Source of the DNA: Epiperipatus broadwayi
Taxonomy: Eukaryota; Animalia; Onychophora
Length of the DNA stretch: 64,000 nt
Direction of reading: 5' to 3'
Assembly (NCBI GenBank): GCA_028023455.1
Contig: JAQFVV010000007.1
Coordinates: 6,572,001-6,636,000, forward strand
Shown here: piece by piece, positions 38,840 through 52,060 of the stretch
Layout of the letters: the number at the start of each line of letters is the position of its first letter
How positions within the stretch are numbered: the stretch's first letter is position 1
Position numbers and translations under genes: made by a program
Notes under the pieces: model-generated
The model's input: only the letters and a program-made list of their open reading frames with translations
Database searches by the model: none
What the model was told of the DNA's origin: nothing

Positions 38840-39460
38840 AAGGTATTATAACATTCATATATGTCAGAAATAGATGATCTAATGAATGTCTGCCATCAAT
38901 ATAATATTAAAAGTTTTCAAACTCATAGCACCCTGAAAGAAATCCTGAGATCTACAAAATGTAAACATGAAATGCTGAAACACAAAAAATGCATCAGTGA
39001 AATAGCATGTGAATGTAAAAGGACAAATATAAGTGAAATGACCACCACATTGAAACATGATTAAGAGAGTATAAAACAATGATTAGAGAGGATGAAACAG
39101 ATATTCTTAGAATAGTAGTTCTTGAACATATCAATAATTATATGTTTACTCAGGATAACACAAAAACACTGGGAATGACCAATAATTTCATAAATCAATT
39201 TAGTGCAATAATCCATGATATTTTAAAATTACTTATTAATACTGCCCTTAAAATGGGGAAGATGGATGAAAAAAAGAAAAAAAAAACCCCTTTTAAATAA
39301 GATGGTTATCTTAGACAGAGTTAACTATTCACTATTCATTAATCCAAACTTTACCAGTTTTATGCTGACACTGATCAGTCAAGCAGCCCTCAAGGAGAAG
39401 AAGAGTGAAATATATTTAAAACATTATGTTCCAGATTTATTCAAAAACTATATATAGATA
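38840..39460 (+). mobile_element. Penelope-like element relic (GIY-YIG), head-to-head with 38030-38830
   Basis: ORFs 38861-39064 and 39079-39300: FQTHSTLKEIL...KKCISEIACECKRTNISEM...DNTKTL. Nucleotide similarity to the minus copy is visible. Confidence 0.7.
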
Positions 39461-39983
39461 AAGTTGAATTTTTCTAAGACCATTTATCATTTCAAGTACA
39501 GGCTGGAAATAAACCAGCATATAATTACATGTACCCACACAGATATAAATTATTAAAACTACAAAAAGACCCATGAAAAGTCTTTCTTTTGCTTCATGAT
39601 CTGATAACACAGTAACTTTAATAAAAATGATTTTGAACTTTTTAAAAAATGATCAGTTAATTTGCAGACTTTTGCAATTATTTCATTTCACGTTATAAGT
39701 TTCTATATTACAAATGTACATTATTTAAAGTTGATAAACTAATTTGCTCCCTGATATGTATTATGTATAATAACTCATGTTTTGATTACAATAGAATATG
39801 TATTGTTTACTGAATTGCTTTTGTGCAGTCTTTTTCAACAGAATACAGATCCATTTCTATATGTGTCATTATGTTTATTTAAATTAAGATTATAATGGGA
39901 AAAAATGTAGTTATTTATAATAAATTGATAACCCATTTACATGTATATTTACTGCTTGTGGGTTCACTCATTCAAAAAATAAA

Positions 39984-40213
39984 ATAATAAATTGTCCAAG
40001 CAATTCACCACTGTTACACAATGCTTTATTTACCATCCTTTTCTTACAGTTTACAGTTTCAATTGCCCCAGCAATCTTCTTCAGAACTTTATACTTCCCA
40101 ACCTCCAGTTTTGAAGAAGATTGCTGTGGCAATTGAAACTGTACTCTTTAAGAAAAGGGTGATAAATAAAGCATTGTGTAAAAGTGGTAAAGTGCTTGGA
40201 CAATTTGCTATTA
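39984..40213. mobile_element. 230-bp foldback with a PLE-type HHR motif in each arm
   Basis: Arms of about 100 bp. Minus 40048-40088 reads AGTT CTGAAGA a GATTGC tggg GCAATT GAAA ctg ta AACT. Plus copy at 40107-40147. Confidence 0.85.
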
Positions 40214-40389
40214 TATGATATGCATTTGGCAATGCAATAAGAAAAAGTAGTTATTATACTTCTTGAATAAAATAATAAATTTATTGTAGAGCATTTTGCT
40301 AAACAATAGACTTTCATCTCATTATCAGAAAACTACAGTCTTTCGACATCAGAATTGATATAAAATCCTCTACTTACTATTACTATTTT

Positions 40390-40885
40390 CGATAACTGTA
40401 TTGTGAAAAACTTTCTTACAATTTGTTTTATTTTATGTGCTTAGCCAACTTTCAACTCATATGACTCATATACATAGCATAAATTGCAAATTAAAACTTG
40501 GTGTATATATGTTATCACTGCTTATTTACATAAAATTTAAATATGAGATTTAATTAGGGGAAACATGCCATCTTTTTGAGAGGGACATGCATGATTCTTT
40601 TTTTATTGATGGAATTTTTGTCATTTAATATGTGCCATGTCTCCTTAATTTTTTGCTTAAAGTCATTGTGTTCAATGCCCATTATGTCAACAGATGATTG
40701 CATGAAAGAATAACCAGTTGCAGAAAAATATTAAAATTTTATGTAAATGAGCAATAATAATATATATACACCCACACCTAATCTACAATTTATGCTACAT
40801 CTATGACTCATAGGATTTGGAAGTTGGCTAAGCACATAAAATAAAACAAATTGTAAGAAAAATTTTCTCAATATGGTTATTGTAT
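40390..40885. mobile_element. Foldback/MITE-like element with inverted arms of about 110 bp
   Basis: ttcttacaatttgttttattttatgtgcttagccaact... is mirrored by ...agttggctaagcacataaaataaaacaaattgtaagaa. Confidence 0.75.
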
Positions 40886-41496
40886 ATTTATAATTACAAT
40901 AATTTGAGTTAAAGCATATAATTTTATAATTATATTACTATTTTCAGGTTATCTTTTAAACTATTAATACTTTAAGTTTTCTGATGTAATATAAGAATAT
41001 AGTTCTTTTTTTATTGCTTAAAATATACTTAATTAATTTTATTAAATTACATAACACTTTAGCTTTACACTTAAAAAAAGTTATTATGCAAAATACTGTA
41101 AACATCAAATGCACTTTCAATGTAAACTAAAGAAATATTTATAAGAAAAGTGATTTCCTATAATGCTCTGAGATAGAGAAATGGTTACTGCTAAATGGTA
41201 ACATTTATTCTACTTACAAATTTTAATATTTTTACTTTTATTTTATTTACTTCCTTTCTTTTTTATTTATACTTTCTTTTAATAACATATAAGTGAAACA
41301 AAGTATACAGATACAGAAAATATCATATCCTCACTATAATTAAAATAGCTATATGAAAAATGTCTTTACTTACAAATGAACAATCAAAGAATTTCAATTG
41401 TTTGAAGCCAGTCCTTAATGTTATTTTATCTCTGCCATGCACATATATAAAAATGTATGTCTTATGATCATCATTCATGCTTATAGAGTGAGCTGT

Positions 41497-41670
41497 TTAA
41501 CACAGAAGCAAAACTCTCCATACAGTAGTACCATTCAGTGCAAGCCAGAATAATCTATGGATGCAGGAAGGTTTGTGCGTAAAATCTCTATCTATACATA
41601 AACCTTTTTGTATCCATTGATTATTCAGAATCTTGCACTGAGTGGCACTACTATATGGAGAGTTTTGTAA
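41497..41670. mobile_element. Minimal family A foldback (terminal 80 bp of each arm, no HHR)
   Basis: aaactctccatacagtag... / ...ctactatatggagagtttt. Confidence 0.8.
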
Positions 41671-42149
41671 ATGTATATGTAATACAATAAAGAGAAATAA
41701 TCAAATGGTTTATCACTTGGGAATTTGAAAAAAGTTCAAGCTGAAAATGCCAGACCTGGGGCATATTCCATAGAATTTTAACTGCAGTCTGCTACATCAC
41801 ATGACTGACCAATACACATTGGTAATTAAAATACTAATATATACATTTTCATTCTATTTCTTCATCAAAAAATGAAATAAGATGTATATTTGTTAATATT
41901 TTACCCACTATTGTTTATGTTACAGATTTTTTGTAAAAATTAAAATATACATATACACACACCTCTAAAACACTATGAATATATTATTCACTAAATATTT
42001 GGGCTAGGGATAATATCTACCTTAATAAATGATTAGTAAAAGTTATTAATATATTTTCCATAAAATAATTGTATCAGAAGTTGTGAGTGCAAAAAATTTA
42101 AAACTTGTCAATTAAACTATAGTAATTTGCTATCTATATACATAAACTG

Positions 42150-42270
42150 AACAAATAAGGATACGTGTAAGAGAATGTGATTTGAGCCTATTGTTGAATG
42201 CTGGTACAGCACAAAATGCACATCTTGGGGATCATTTAACTTTTTCACATGTCTTTGAATATATGTTTAA
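42150..42270 (+). mobile_element. Old family B fragment
   Basis: agccta ttgttga atgct ggtac agcac aaaa tgcacatc ttggggatcatttaactttttcacatgtc aligns to the family B HHR region. Confidence 0.5.
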
Positions 42271-42528
42271 GAAATGTATGATGAAATAAAAGTTTAAAAT
42301 GTATATATAGAAAATTTAAATATATATTATATGAAGTTAAGATTAAATATCTCTAAAAAAATGCATATATGAAATCAAGTTGTAAAATGTTATATGGATT
42401 ACTTAAAAAAGTATATGTTTCTAATGTATCTATGGTGTGAGAATTGTTCTGAATTCTGGGATGATCAGTGGTTATGATAGAATTGGACTAAGGTGGAAGA
42501 TGCACTGGGATGAGAATATAATTTGTCA

Positions 42529-42591
<63 letters not shown>
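42529..42591. repeat. (TA)n microsatellite
   Basis: Directly visible, interrupted once by ca. Confidence 0.9.
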
Positions 42592-42594
<3 letters not shown>

Positions 42595-43149
42595 CTATTG
42601 AAATTTTATCACCATTTCTCCTATATCTGGGCTACAAATATAGAGACAGCAGCTTATTCACATTGCAATGTCTCCATTTTAACTCTGTAGTTTAATTCAC
42701 ACACACACACAAACATAACAAAGTTGGCATATCTTTAATAAAACATTGGTAAAACATTTATAAAACAATAGCCAAACACTTTTTTGTTGACAAGAATTTA
42801 TATAGTTAACTTTATACTGATTACCTAAAAAAACTACGAACCTTCTTCAGCTTTTTGAAATGTTTTATTTAGCTCTATCAGAGTTTGAGTCCCAGGAGTT
42901 TGAATCTCAGGCTATGAATAAAGGTGATGTACAATCAATAAATCAAGAGATATTTTAATGAAAATAGATTTGTATGTAATCACTAATTATTAAAAAGAAC
43001 TTTATGGAGCAATGTTGTATATCAATCTTCCATATCCTAAGATGAGAGTCCGAATCTAGATCAGGGAAACTTGAACTTTTACCAAGGTTTTTTTTCTTCA
43101 GGTGGATGGTCCAGAGTTAATGGAATAATACTCAAATCTTGATCTGCTG

Positions 43150-43330
43150 GTGATTAGAAATTTCAGCTTACAATATTGCTGTTTCAGCAGCAACAGTTTC
43201 TTTTAACACAGCTAAGCATCTATTAGTTACTAAAGCTTACAATAGGTGATCTGCTATGGTGAAAGAATAAAATTATGCTGCTAAAACAGCTATGTGTAAG
43301 CTGGAGTCAGGTTTAGGAGTCATGTGATAT
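43150..43330 (+). repeat. Unclassified dispersed repeat (family D)
   Basis: The block gcatctattagttactaaagcttacaataggtg recurs at about 51270-51330 and 52520-52565. Confidence 0.55.
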
Positions 43331-44859
43331 TTTATTGATTTTATACAAATTCTGGCTACAGGAGAATGGTACCTGTAGTGGTTAAAAACTAAAGGCCACA
43401 TAATATATAGATTGTGAACTAGTTTCTGATCTATATGACTATATGAGCAAGATGACTTATATTAAAAACATTTATGTTTTTCCTGTTTGGACTGACAGTC
43501 TAATAATTAAAAAGAGAGATAAATGATGGCTGCAAAAAGGAAGGTCTATTAAGCCCTAAGGATTTAGATTCATAATCTTAAGATCCAAAGCTCCAACTAT
43601 GAAATTCATGAGCTTGAAACTAGTCTAGGAATTTTAGCATTGGACAGGCGTTTATTAAGCTATATCATATGGAATCTATTAATTATTAAAGTTTATAATT
43701 ATATGAAGTCAAGTGTTCAAACTAGGGGGACAGTGAACATCATTAGATAAATGAGGAGAGGCTGAGACAGGTTAGTGCCAGTGGGATAATTTGTGGTCAG
43801 CAAACTTCAGAAAAAAAAAGTTCTTTAAAAAAAATGCAGCTTTATTATAGCAATACTAGCTCACGAATGTGATAAATTATATTGTACCGCATAAGGAAGT
43901 GTTTGAGAAAAAAAAAAGAAGAAAAGAAAGAAGAACGCTATTGATAATCAAGATGCACTTAGAAATTGAGCGGAAATCTGAAAGCAATTCTAGCCTCGTA
44001 GGAAATACAAAGAAAAATGAAAAAAATTATATGGATTGGAAGAACGATAGTGAGAGAATATTTCATTTTAAATGCTATTCCATATTTCCTCCCAGCGATG
44101 CCATTATTAACCCTTCAAATGCTAAAGCGAAGAAAATCAATCCGAAAAATTGAATTAAATCAAAATGATTTCAAAACTACTTTGATTTTACAATAAATCA
44201 ATATTTGCATATTCATTTTAAATAAGATCAATTTAGAAGCAATGAAACACGTCAGAATTATAAAAGAAAAAATTATAAAAATAAATCGTTTTGAGACCAG
44301 AGTATGATTTTTGAGAGTTGTGTGTAGACATTAAGATGAAAGTTCTTATTTGATTTATTATATCGCAAATGGAAAATAAATCATAATTTTATTTTTGCTA
44401 AAAAAAAAGAAAAAAGAAGAAAAAACCGTGGGAAGGTAAATAAAATATTAGTTAAAAAAAAGTAACACGAATTAATATTTTCATTTTTACACTTATGCGC
44501 TTTGATCAAGAATGTACACTACATAATACGATATTCAAAATGTTTATAAGTTTTTTTGATAATTTTAAATGTTTATAAGTTAATAAAATGATAGTCATTT
44601 TACTTTTACGCACGCGCATGCATGTGGAATGTTTTATTATTACGAAGATTTTTATTAATATTTAACAATTATTGACTTTTTGCGTTCTAAAGTAATTTCT
44701 GGCAAAAAATAATAAACGGCAACGAAAGACATGTTTTTGCAACTTATTTTAAGCGCAATTCCTTATTTATTCATTCTACCACTATAGCCATAAATTTGAC
44801 AATCATTAATTATAAGGTTCATGGTTTGTGTTTATCTACATATACTTAAGCCAATAGAA

Positions 44860-45110
44860 TTAAATTCCATTTATGAAATAGATGTGTGCAATGATTATGA
44901 GTCATCTTAAATCCATTGGTGAGATTTGTGCAACATCTAGGAAGAGCAAATCAAATGTCTTTACAGCTAGATATGGAAAATAAATTTGTTTGAAGCCTCA
45001 TAAGTTCATTTTCATGCCATAATTCTTCATCTGTAGGTTTGGGTTGAACATCAGACAGGGGATTTTGATTTGAGCCAAGTTTAGGAGGCCAAATTCTTAT
45101 CCTGAGTTTA
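44860..45110 (-). mobile_element. Decayed APE-endonuclease-like LINE fragment, homologous to 51790-52060
   Basis: The two loci align at nucleotide level. Translations GMFN...LDLIFNITEVSPTDSG resemble the APE C-terminal GDFN...LDL...SDH region. Confidence 0.4.
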
Positions 45111-45239
45111 TAGCAAATCAGATTTACATATCATTTTCTGTATCTGCTTTTGTGAAGGAATGTGTGAAAGAAAAAGGGATCATTGCAAAGAAACAGACTT
45201 GAGTGCATAGTAAACACTGAATTTAACTTTGTTTGCTGG

Positions 45240-45600
45240 TAGTAAAAACTGCAGTACATTACAATTGTATTTTTGTTTTATAGTCAGTACACTGGTACTC
45301 ACCTGATGTTTAACAATAGCCAGGATCTTCTTTACTGGCCAGTAATTAAAGACATAGCTAGTATTAATGTAAGCTATCTACTTAAAAAAATCTTAGGTAT
45401 CACCTCAGCTTAAACTTTACATCAGGATATGGAGAATGGTACATCAAGCACAAAACTACAAACTGTATTATACTGCCTTGGTAGTTAAGGATATGCCCAT
45501 TTTATCTCTTCATCTTTTCTTTTAAGTCCAACAATGGAGCATTTAATATTAGATACTTTTTCCAATTCATGCAATTTTTCTTCACCTGAAAGTGATCTGC
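45240..45600 (-). mobile_element. RTE LINE APE N-terminal relic
   Basis: GEEKLHELEKVSNIKCSIVGL (cf. LEEEL..IKWDIIGLSEVRR). Confidence 0.55.
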
Positions 45601-47539
45601 AGTTGTAAGTATATAAATAAATGAATGGAAACCTGAGTTTGCCATCAGGGAATTCTTAGCACCCTCTTAGCTGCCAACTATTTGCATTGGTTGACATTAC
45701 AGAGTTCTGTAAATAAGAAACATAATTTAGTTTTGTCTGTCATAATTGTAAATCTCTATTTAAAAAAAAATCACTCACATGCAAGTTCATCCTGCCTTCA
45801 AGAAAACTCAACTAATACTTTTGTTAAAAACTATGGGCAACTGAGAAAAAAGGCCATGGTATTTTTTAAACAGCTAAATAAATTTCCATGCTGTCTGATG
45901 AATGATGGAAAGCAGCCTGTCCATGTTTGTTAACTATATAAATAACCACATAGTTATAACAGTTGCAATAATAAAAGAATGTGTAGTGAACATTAGGAAT
46001 TTGTTCTGCTCAGTTGCTTTAAGGTCTCAAAGATGAATCAATCTTTTAGTTAACAGCAAACTCTTTAAAAATCTGCAGCCTTCATAATGGGCAGAAATTA
46101 CTTGCTTCATAATACACTTTAATAACTTTTTGCAATCAGAACTTATAATTGTTTAACATAGAAATACAAGTGAAAACTATCTTTTACAAAACATTAATAA
46201 AAGACAATGCAGGTACTTTAACTACTGACAATGAAATTACCACTTTCTGAATTCTCAGTTACTAAACTACTGTTATAGTCTTCTAAATTAAAACAAACAT
46301 TTCTCAAAATGATTAATTATGGCAAACTATTAAGATATCTCATGCATTCATGAAATTATTATGGTTTACTTGACAGTGATTAATTTATAGATACCCTACA
46401 CACATAACCATATTTTATAGGCACAAGCTTAAATCCTCAAATCTTATAATTTACTTTGAAAATCCTTGCATATTTAAATAATATCTTTCATTCTTTAAAA
46501 GACAAAATGTTGCTCGTTTGTATTCTTATTTATTTAAAAAAATTAAACTAAACTTAGTAACATACATAATATTTCCTTTTGCATTTTTGTAGGTCTAATT
46601 AAGGCCTGTTTATGTATGCCTAATTAAATACGATTTCATAATTGATCATGCATTTTTATATACAGTAACAATATTAATTTCATTCTGAAATTTCAATGTG
46701 TTTATCAAATTTAGGTTTATTTATATTGAAAAGCATAAGAATAGATGATCCTCTATTCTTTAGTTTTTTAAAGAATGATAGATTTATCTAATTATTTGAC
46801 AGCTAGATGGAATTTATTAATATTTATAACACTTATATGCAGTAAAAAATATTTTATTAAAACATTTGGCAAATTTAAGCAAAACTCAAAGATTGATTAA
46901 TTTATAAATAATACAAAAATTGTTATATTTAAATTCTAGTATATATAACTTAGTTACAAACTACAAGGCTTTTAAATGGTTCTTAACATCATTTGGAGGG
47001 ATAATGAATCATGCTTTTTTTAATTTTTGACAAACATTTTTGATATCGCTCTTTTTTGCATAACATAGAAGGACTTGCAAACAGGATTAATTTTAGCTGG
47101 ATTATTTGCTGAATTAATCTCCTGCTCAAATCCATCTGTGTTTTACTGTAATATATAAATGGAGAATTGGTGTGATTACATTTAATGGAATAAATAATAT
47201 TAATTTATCTTTAAAGTTATTTATTAAAATCTGAAAGTTATTAGAAACTTTGAAGACTTTTGGAATCTTTGTTCCATTGATTCCATATGTACAGAGACTT
47301 CTATACATCTGGAATCAATGGCACTAAAATCAAATCCTTCTCTTTATTTTTATTTGTTTACTATTTTTAATAACTTACTAAATATTTAAGACATTTATAA
47401 ATAGTCTTTCTTCTATAACTCCATTTCAACATATCACCAACAGAAAACTTGAAATTTTGCTATCATTTCATATTTACACAAATGATATTCCCTAAAAAAA
47501 TGCTCAAAATTCTGCATTTTTATATGCTTTCATGGCCAT

Positions 47540-48030
47540 TGGGTTTTAACTTATCATTATCATCTTCACACATTACTTATTTATTGAGGATAAAGAATTC
47601 CCAAAGTTTAATCCAGTTTCTCTGATCAACAATCATAACACCAACAACCTGAATTTTATTCATCCATCTCACATGTCTTTCCTGTGTGGGCCTTTATATT
47701 TTCCATCAATATAAACCAGATCAGCTCCATTTCAATCTCTTGATTCTTTCATTGATTTCAGGGATACCTGTTTGTTCTTTCATTCACATATTTCATTTTT
47801 GATCTTTTTCTGTTAATACACATCTTTCCATACTTTGTCAAGAAATCTGAAGTCTTTGTATTACTCTTTTTTTAAGAATACAATCCATAAATAAGAACTG
47901 CTAAAATACATATATTAAAACCCTCCTTTTCAAAAACAGGTATATTTTCTTCTAATATTAAATTGTTTCTATCAAAAGAAATTCCATCCATGTTTAATTC
48001 TGTAATGAATTTCATCCATTATGTTCCCAT
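47540..48030 (-). mobile_element. Old RTE LINE 3' region
   Basis: Similar to 27990-28285 (acctgtttgttct, tcatccatctcacatg). Confidence 0.6.
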
Positions 48031-48743
48031 CTGTGTTAATAAACTGACTTAAATATTTTATTTGTTTACTTCTTTTAATTCATGATTATTCATTTTTATT
48101 TTAATTGGTTTACTGATCATCTTACAATCCAATAAATAATTATGTGTTTGTTATTGTTATTTTTACATTCAATTATTTAATTTTTTGAATTGCTTATGCT
48201 CAGTTGTTCATTTTAAGTATATATTTTTATTCAAGTTCTCAAATATCTATATAATGATCTGCAATAATGTACACAAACAGTCACCAAATTTTTTATAAAT
48301 AATATAGAAGTAATTATTTGTATAATTTTATATCCTATACTGCAAATCTTTATATACTTATTTTTGTTTAGTGCTTTAAACTGCACAAACATGCACATAT
48401 AAATATCATTTTAATTAACATTTACAGTTATATATTAGTAGTAATTTATCATTTCTTGGCAAAATCAAAGGTTAAAGTTTATCTCTATTTACATGGATAT
48501 GATCTCATTTCTATTCTTTATTATAATAACAATCCATTGAAATATTTAATTCATCACATACAACTCTCTGGAGATGTTTAAAATATTATTTGCAGAATGT
48601 CAAAAAATATGTTATTCTTTCACATTTGCACATCTATAATAAATAGATTTCTGGGCTTAAATCCATATAAGAACTTGGGTTTGAAATAAAAGTGGATCCC
48701 TTTCACTTCAATAAAAAATTCCATCAAAAAGCTATTATAAATA

Positions 48744-50156
48744 CAGGCAGTTCCCTAGTTATGAACATTTGAGTTATAAACATTTCCCTATTACATAGAG
48801 TTATAAACATTTCCCTATTACATAATCACTTTTGGACCTTAGATCTTTATCTATGCAAATACTTTCATGTATAATTAGTGTTATATACTGTAGAAAGAAA
48901 TGGGTATTCAAAATTGTACAGTATTTTAATAATTAAAAAAATCCCTTTAGTAATTAATGCTACATATTTACAGTATCTGATTAAAAAAAACTATTTACAT
49001 ACATTCGTAATTGGATTTTTTCTAAAGAAAGATAAACTTTGGAATTTAAAAAATAATTAAAAGTATATTTTAGAGAACAATAAGAACTTATATAAAATAC
49101 AGTAAATCTTCCCATCTCTCTGACATTAATTACTGTTATTGTTAGCATTATCACTGAACAACAGAATCATCTCGTTTTTAAAAATAATTTGTGCATGATT
49201 ATGTTACATATACACTGTACATATTTCTGTTTTGGTGGATTTTTTTCATTCTTATTAATTAAAAACATAAATGAGAAACAAAAAGCAGCAGTGTTGATAC
49301 AATCAAAAAGAAATTGAAGTTTCATAAACCCTAAACAGTCGAGACAAAAATTGATATAATTAGACATTCTGAAAATAGTGAATCTTTTGCTTCAATCACA
49401 TGTTCATGTAATTTAAACTGATCAACAAAATATACAATTGTTAAACACAAGAACAAAATTAAACAATATGTTAAAATTGTGGAAATATTTCTTCAAAGAT
49501 TGATTCAAAAAGACATGGCAGAGAAATGGATAAAATGGAGAAATCTTTGGCTTTAAGGAATGAAGATCAATATCAAAAAGGCATCCCAGTGAGTTTATCA
49601 ATTATTCAGGCTAAGGCTCTTTGTTTGGATAAAGATTGGAAAAAAGAATTAAAAAGAAGACTCTGCTGTTGAGTTTGTAGCAAGCAATGTCACTGATGAA
49701 GATATTGAGCAATCTCACTCAGAACCTCTGTCAAATGAAGACTTGATTAAACTACAAGAGATAAATGAAATACAAAATGAAAAAGAACCTGATAATGAAC
49801 TTATTGTTAAGAGTTTGACAATCAAGAATATGAATGAAGCCTTCATGCATCTTAACAAATTTTTGACTATCATGGAAGAATGTGATCCCAATGGAGAGAG
49901 TATATCTCATGTATGAAGGGCAATAGAAAAAGACACTGAATGTTACAGAATTCCTTATCAAGAGAAGAAAAAGAATACAATTCAATTAACACTTGATAAA
50001 TTTGTAAACAAAACTCCAGATATTAATCAATAAAGAATAAATATGGTATTTTGTAGACCTTTTTGAAGTTTTTTTTACATACCTCCACTTTCAAACAATT
50101 TTAACCTGCAAACACACACCAGGAACCAATTAAATTCATAACTAAGGGACTGCCTA
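48744..50156 (+). mobile_element. Internally deleted Tigger/pogo (CENP-B-like) DNA transposon
   Basis: TIRs ta|caggcagttccctagttatgaa and ttcataactaagggactgccta|ta. Protein relics DQYQKGIPVSLSIIQAKAL (HTH) and SHSEPLSNEDLIKLQE...QLTLDKF (C-terminus). The DDE core is missing. Confidence 0.9.
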
Positions 50157-51102
50157 TATATGAGATAACTTGTTTAGCCACAGGAATTGTCATTTAGTAA
50201 TATTTGATCATTTCTTGGCAACATCAAAGATTAAAGTTTATCTTTGTGTACATGGATTTGATCTCATTTCTATTCTTTATTATAATAATCCATGGAAATA
50301 TTTAATTAAACTTGTGTTAAAAAAGTGGTTATTTCTAAAATTGAGTTAAGTGGATAATGTAGCATTCATCTAATATATATCTAATGTAAATTTTTCATAG
50401 CAGTTTTATACAAAATTAAAAGTGTGTGAAGCACTTGAAAGAGAAGCAGTTTTATAAAAAGTTTTAAGATGCTCAAATAAAGGCTGTTAAATGAATGAAG
50501 AATGTTTGAACTACCTCCAGTTTGTGGTGACAATACTTCAACTGATATTGTTGCACTACAATAAATGTAACATTCTAGAGCTAAGAACTTTTGTGATTCC
50601 CTTTTACAACAAAAAATAATCCACAACTCACCATTATAAGATATTTATAATAAGTGCAAGGAAAACCACCTACAATGTATGATTAGATTCTGATTGTTAT
50701 GCATATCTACATTCTTAACTGAACCAAACTGCAAATATTTCAGTAAAGAATGATTAGTAAATATCTCAACCTTATCAAAAATTTTATTTTCTGTAATCCC
50801 ATGACATTTTTAAGTAGTCTCTACAAAACAAATAAAATAAGACTAAAAATAAAGTCAACAAAACCCCATTTGATCTGAGCCTATTCACTATTTTCAAGTA
50901 ATAAATCTTCTGTCTTGGGATGTTTTATTAGTTATCAACAATTCTGGATAAAAATTACAAATTCTTACAGTTAATAAAAAACTGAAGACTCCAAAATATA
51001 TAGACACTGAACTAGTGTCAGATCTATTAAAAGCAGGTTGGCTAAGTTATTTTTGAATTTCAGTCTGGTAATTTGATAATAAAAAGCAAGTAAAAGGGAC
51101 TG

Positions 51103-51240
51103 TTATTAAACAGGCAAAACTCTCCATACAGTAGTGTTTGACAAAAAAAAAAAAAAACATAGCAAAAAAAAAAACAAAAACAGATGCACTAGATCCAGAT
51201 ACTAAATTCATCAATAATGAAAGTCATAAGCAAGAAATGA
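51103..51240. mobile_element. Family A fragments
   Basis: ttattaaacaggcaaaactctccatacagtagtg plus a decayed sense HHR piece. Confidence 0.65.
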
Positions 51241-51789
51241 GGATTGTGCAGCATTGGGTAGGAATTTACTAAGCATTACCATCTGAAAACTAATGATTAC
51301 TCAAGCTTACACTAGGTGGCAGATCTGTTATATAGGATAAACGAAAGACTGAAATTAAAGAAAAGATAAAATAAACTTCTACAAATAATCAATTCTAACT
51401 TTGACAATAGAACCCATTGGATGATATTATGATGCTGAAATAAATTTCAGGATGAAGTTAGGATTAAAAATATCTATTAAATTTTTTTTTTACCATAGTT
51501 TTAGAAAGCACAATTTATTTATTGTACCTTTACTTATGGGGATAAAATTTTTTGACATGTATAACTAACTACTCACAGAAATATTATGTATTGATCTTTG
51601 CATAATGGAATATAGTATGAAGATTATATATTTATTTAGTTAGTTAGTTCTATGAATTGTTTTAGGTAGCTTAACTATTAACAAAATATCACAAATGATC
51701 CTGTAGTAACTTCAATCAGGTGATAAATTCTTTAATAACATTATTAAGTATTTCAATTCTGCCTTTATAGCCATAAACTCACCAATCTA

Positions 51790-52060
51790 ACTATGATTCA
51801 TGGTTTGGCCAAATGAATGTTAAATTTATGAAGTAGATGAGTGCAATGACCACATATCATCCAGAATCTGTTGGTGAAACTTCAGTAATATTGAAGATCA
51901 AATCTAGCTGCCTTTCCTGTCAAACTAGCAAAAGACATTTGTTTAGAACTCCATAAGAAGTCCATTTTAATGCCATAATCTCTTCAATTGTAGATTCTTG
52001 GTTGAACATTCCAGAAAGATGAACTTGATTTGAGACAGATCAAATGGTGAAACAACATCT
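51790..52060 (-). mobile_element. Decayed APE-like LINE fragment, homologous to 44860-45110
   Basis: Aligns at nucleotide level with 44860-45110 and shows the same APE-like translation. Confidence 0.4.

Noticed and set aside
44105-44440. piggyBac-like start ttaacccttc
   Set aside because: No convincing matching right end (aagggttaa) found.
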